This document shows positions 61,016-64,000 of a stretch of 64,000 nt of DNA, one piece after another. Source of the DNA: Eledone cirrhosa (lineage: Eukaryota); assembly GCA_964016885.1 (NCBI GenBank), contig OZ024758.1, forward strand, positions 8,556,001 to 8,620,000. The letters run 5' to 3'. The notes beneath the pieces are model-generated. The model did no database searches. It was not told the origin of the DNA and saw only the letters and a program-made list of their open reading frames with translations. Both the position numbers and the translations under genes were made by a program. Position 1 is the stretch's first letter. Every line of letters begins with the position of its first letter.

Positions 61016-61604
61016 GGTCCATTCCATCTGTGTGTATGTGTGCGTCTGTTTGTGTGTATGTGTGCGTGCGTGCGTGTGTACGTATGTGTGTGCATCTGTG
61101 TGTGTGTGTTTGTGTGCATATGTGTGTGTGCATATGTGTGTGTGCATCTGTGTGTGTGTGCGTATCTATGTATGCGTCTGTTTGTGTGTGCATCTGTGTG
61201 TGTATGTGTGTACGTGAGTGTATGTGTGTACGTGAGTGTGTGGATGTGAGCGTGTGTGAGTAACGAAGGTTTTGAAACAAAGCCCTAGAATTAACAAATT
61301 AATTAAATAAAACTTTAAAAAATTAAATATTTTTAATGAACGCATCAATAATTAATGGCCTGCAGTAAACAATTGTTGACAACAACTATCTCTAAACAAA
61401 GCTGGTGTTTATATGTTAGGCAATGTTATAACATAGACCGTCTCTAAACAAAGCTGGTGTTTATATATATGTTTATAAATATATATATATACATATATAT
61501 AATATATATATACATATACATATATATAATATATATACATATATATATATAATATATATATATATACATATATATAATATATATACATACACATATATAT
61601 ATAC

Positions 61605-61645
<41 letters not shown>

Positions 61646-61780
61646 TGACACATACATATACACACTTATGTGTATTGAGCTTTAGCTTCGGGCGACTCCG
61701 ACAATTCCCGTCGAACTGAAGTAGTGGTGAGGTGAGGGTGGGTGGAGAATAATTGAAAATTAAATTGAAAGAAAGAAGGA

Positions 61781-61812
<32 letters not shown>

Positions 61813-61817
61813 GATGA

Positions 61818-61853
<36 letters not shown>

Positions 61854-61857
61854 AGGA

Positions 61858-61977
<120 letters not shown>

Positions 61978-62481
61978 GAGATGTGGAAGGAAGAGAAAAA
62001 CAACATAATATGAAGTAAATTCTTGAAAGAAGGTAAAATAAAAACATTTTAATTGATTTAAACCTTATTAAATGAAACGGGAAATTTTTAAATATATTTT
62101 TATTTCATAGTTTTTAAATAGAAAAATATGAAATATGGAATGGAGAGGTGGTGGGGTTGTAGAGGTGGGGGGGTATGGTGGTGGTGGTGATGATGGTGGT
62201 GGTGGTGGTGGTGGTTTTTGTGTGGTGGTGGTGGTGTTGGTGGTGGTGGTGGTGGTGGTGGTGGTGGTAGTGTGGTGGTGGTGGTGGTGATGGTGATGGT
62301 GGTGATGGTGGTGGTGGTGGTGGTGGTGGTTGTGTGATGGTGTTGGTGGTGGTGCTGATGGTGGTGATGGTGGTGGTGGTGGTGGTGGTAGTGTGGTGGT
62401 GATGCTGTTGGTGGTGGTGCTGATGGTAGTGATGGTGGTGGTGGTGGTGGTAGAAGAAGAAGACGAAGAAGGAAACTACTA

Positions 62482-62587
<106 letters not shown>

Positions 62588-62687
62588 CACTACTCCCAGC
62601 TCTATTAATAGTATCATGCTGTACTTTTCCTTCAGCGTTTGTTTAAAATATTAAGAAAAAATACCAATTTCACACATTGGTTTAAAG

Positions 62688-62735
62688 TTTAAGACATAAC
62701 GCAGTGTATGGTAAAGTGTCTACTGTATGTGTGAT

Positions 62736-62766
<31 letters not shown>

Positions 62767-62809
62767 AAAGACATATCGCTGTGTATGGTAAAGTGTCTAC
62801 TGTATGTGT

Positions 62810-62846
<37 letters not shown>

Positions 62847-62963
62847 GACATATCGCTGTGTATGGTAAAGTGTCTACTGTATGTGTGATTGTGTGTGTGT
62901 GTTTGTGTGTGTGTGGATGTAAAGACATATCGCTGTGTATGGTAAAGTGTCTACTGTATGTGT

Positions 62964-63002
<39 letters not shown>

Positions 63003-63042
63003 GACATAACGCTGTGTATGGTAAAGTGTCTACTGTATGTGT

Positions 63043-63081
<39 letters not shown>

Positions 63082-63121
63082 GACATAACGCTGTGTATGG
63101 TAAAGTGTCTACTGTATGTGT

Positions 63122-63160
<39 letters not shown>

Positions 63161-63354
63161 GACATAACGCTGTGTATGGTAAAGTGTCTACTGTATGTGT
63201 GATTGTGTGTGTGTGTTTGTGTGTGTGTGGATGTAAAGACATATCGCTGTGTATGGTAAAGTGTCTACTGTATGTGTGATTGTGTGTGTGTGTTTGTGTG
63301 TGTGTGGATGTAAAGACATATCGCTGTGTATGGTAAAGTGTCTACTGTATGTGT

Positions 63355-63393
<39 letters not shown>

Positions 63394-63590
63394 GACATAA
63401 CGCTGTGTATGGTAAAGTGTCTACTGTATGTGTGATTGTGTGTGTGTGTTTGTGTGTGTGTGGATGTAAAGACATATCGCTGTGTATGGTAAAGTGTCTA
63501 CTGTATGTGTGATTGTGTGTGTGTGTTTGTGTGTGTGTGGATGTAAAGACATATCGCAGTGTATGGTAAAGTGTCTACTGTATGTGTGAT

Positions 63591-63621
<31 letters not shown>

Positions 63622-64000
63622 AAAGACATAACGCTGTGTATGGTAAAGTGTCTACTGTATGTGTGATTGTGTGTGTGTGTTTGTGTGTGTGTGGATGTAA
63701 AGACATATCGCTGTGTATGGTAAAGTGTCTACTGTATGTGTGATTGTGTGTGTGTGTTTGTGTGTGTGTGGATGTAAAGACATATCGCTGTGTATGGTAA
63801 AGTGTCTACTGTATGTGTGATTGTGTGTGTGTGTGTGTGTGTGTGGATGTAAAGATATATCGCTGTGTATGGGAAAGTGTCTACTGTATGTGTGATTGTG
63901 TGTGTGTGTGTGTGTGTGTGTAAAGACATATCGCTGTGTATGGTAAAGTGTCTACTGTATGTGTGATTGTGTGTGTGTGTTTGTGTGTGTGTGGATGTAA
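62688..64000 (+). repeat. Composite minisatellite (~75-81 bp): fixed TAAAGACATAWCGCTGTGTATGGTAAAGTGTCTACTGTATGTGTGATT plus variable (GT)n
   Basis: About 17 copies, running off the window end. Confidence 0.95.

Noticed and set aside
61390-61467. 26-bp direct duplication tctctaaacaaagctggtgtttatat
   Set aside because: Simple local tandem duplication with no element structure between the copies.
62688-64000. CRISPR-like repeat/spacer appearance (also 2113-2901 and 29222-29705)
   Set aside because: The intervening sequence is (GT)n or absent rather than unique spacers; no cas genes; eukaryotic context.

Overview
Very repeat-rich, AT-rich eukaryotic DNA, intergenic or intronic. The SINE repertoire and microsatellite load look like an octopod cephalopod; this is recalled from known repeats, not proven. 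There is no intact protein-coding gene, and nearly all ORFs in the track are translations of simple repeats. Contents: long (AT)n/(GT)n/(GA)n and trinucleotide tracts; about 9 minisatellites; a 200-N gap; about 20 copies of two tRNA-headed SINE families; decayed LINE fragments (L1/Tx1, RTE, RTE-X, R4/Dong); a non-autonomous Helitron; three MITEs; and a decayed Penelope-like element (PLE) with a GIY-YIG endonuclease. The most notable signal is about nine hammerhead ribozyme (HHR) motifs or remnants from about five unrelated sequence families. Most lie in 150-200 bp elements embedded in (TA)n/(CA)n tracts. Several have become long DNA palindromes that fold back exactly at a ribozyme stem. Two lie in the inverted pseudo-LTR of the PLE. 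Two weak candidate exons lie near the left end. All family assignments come from manual motif reading, with no database search.
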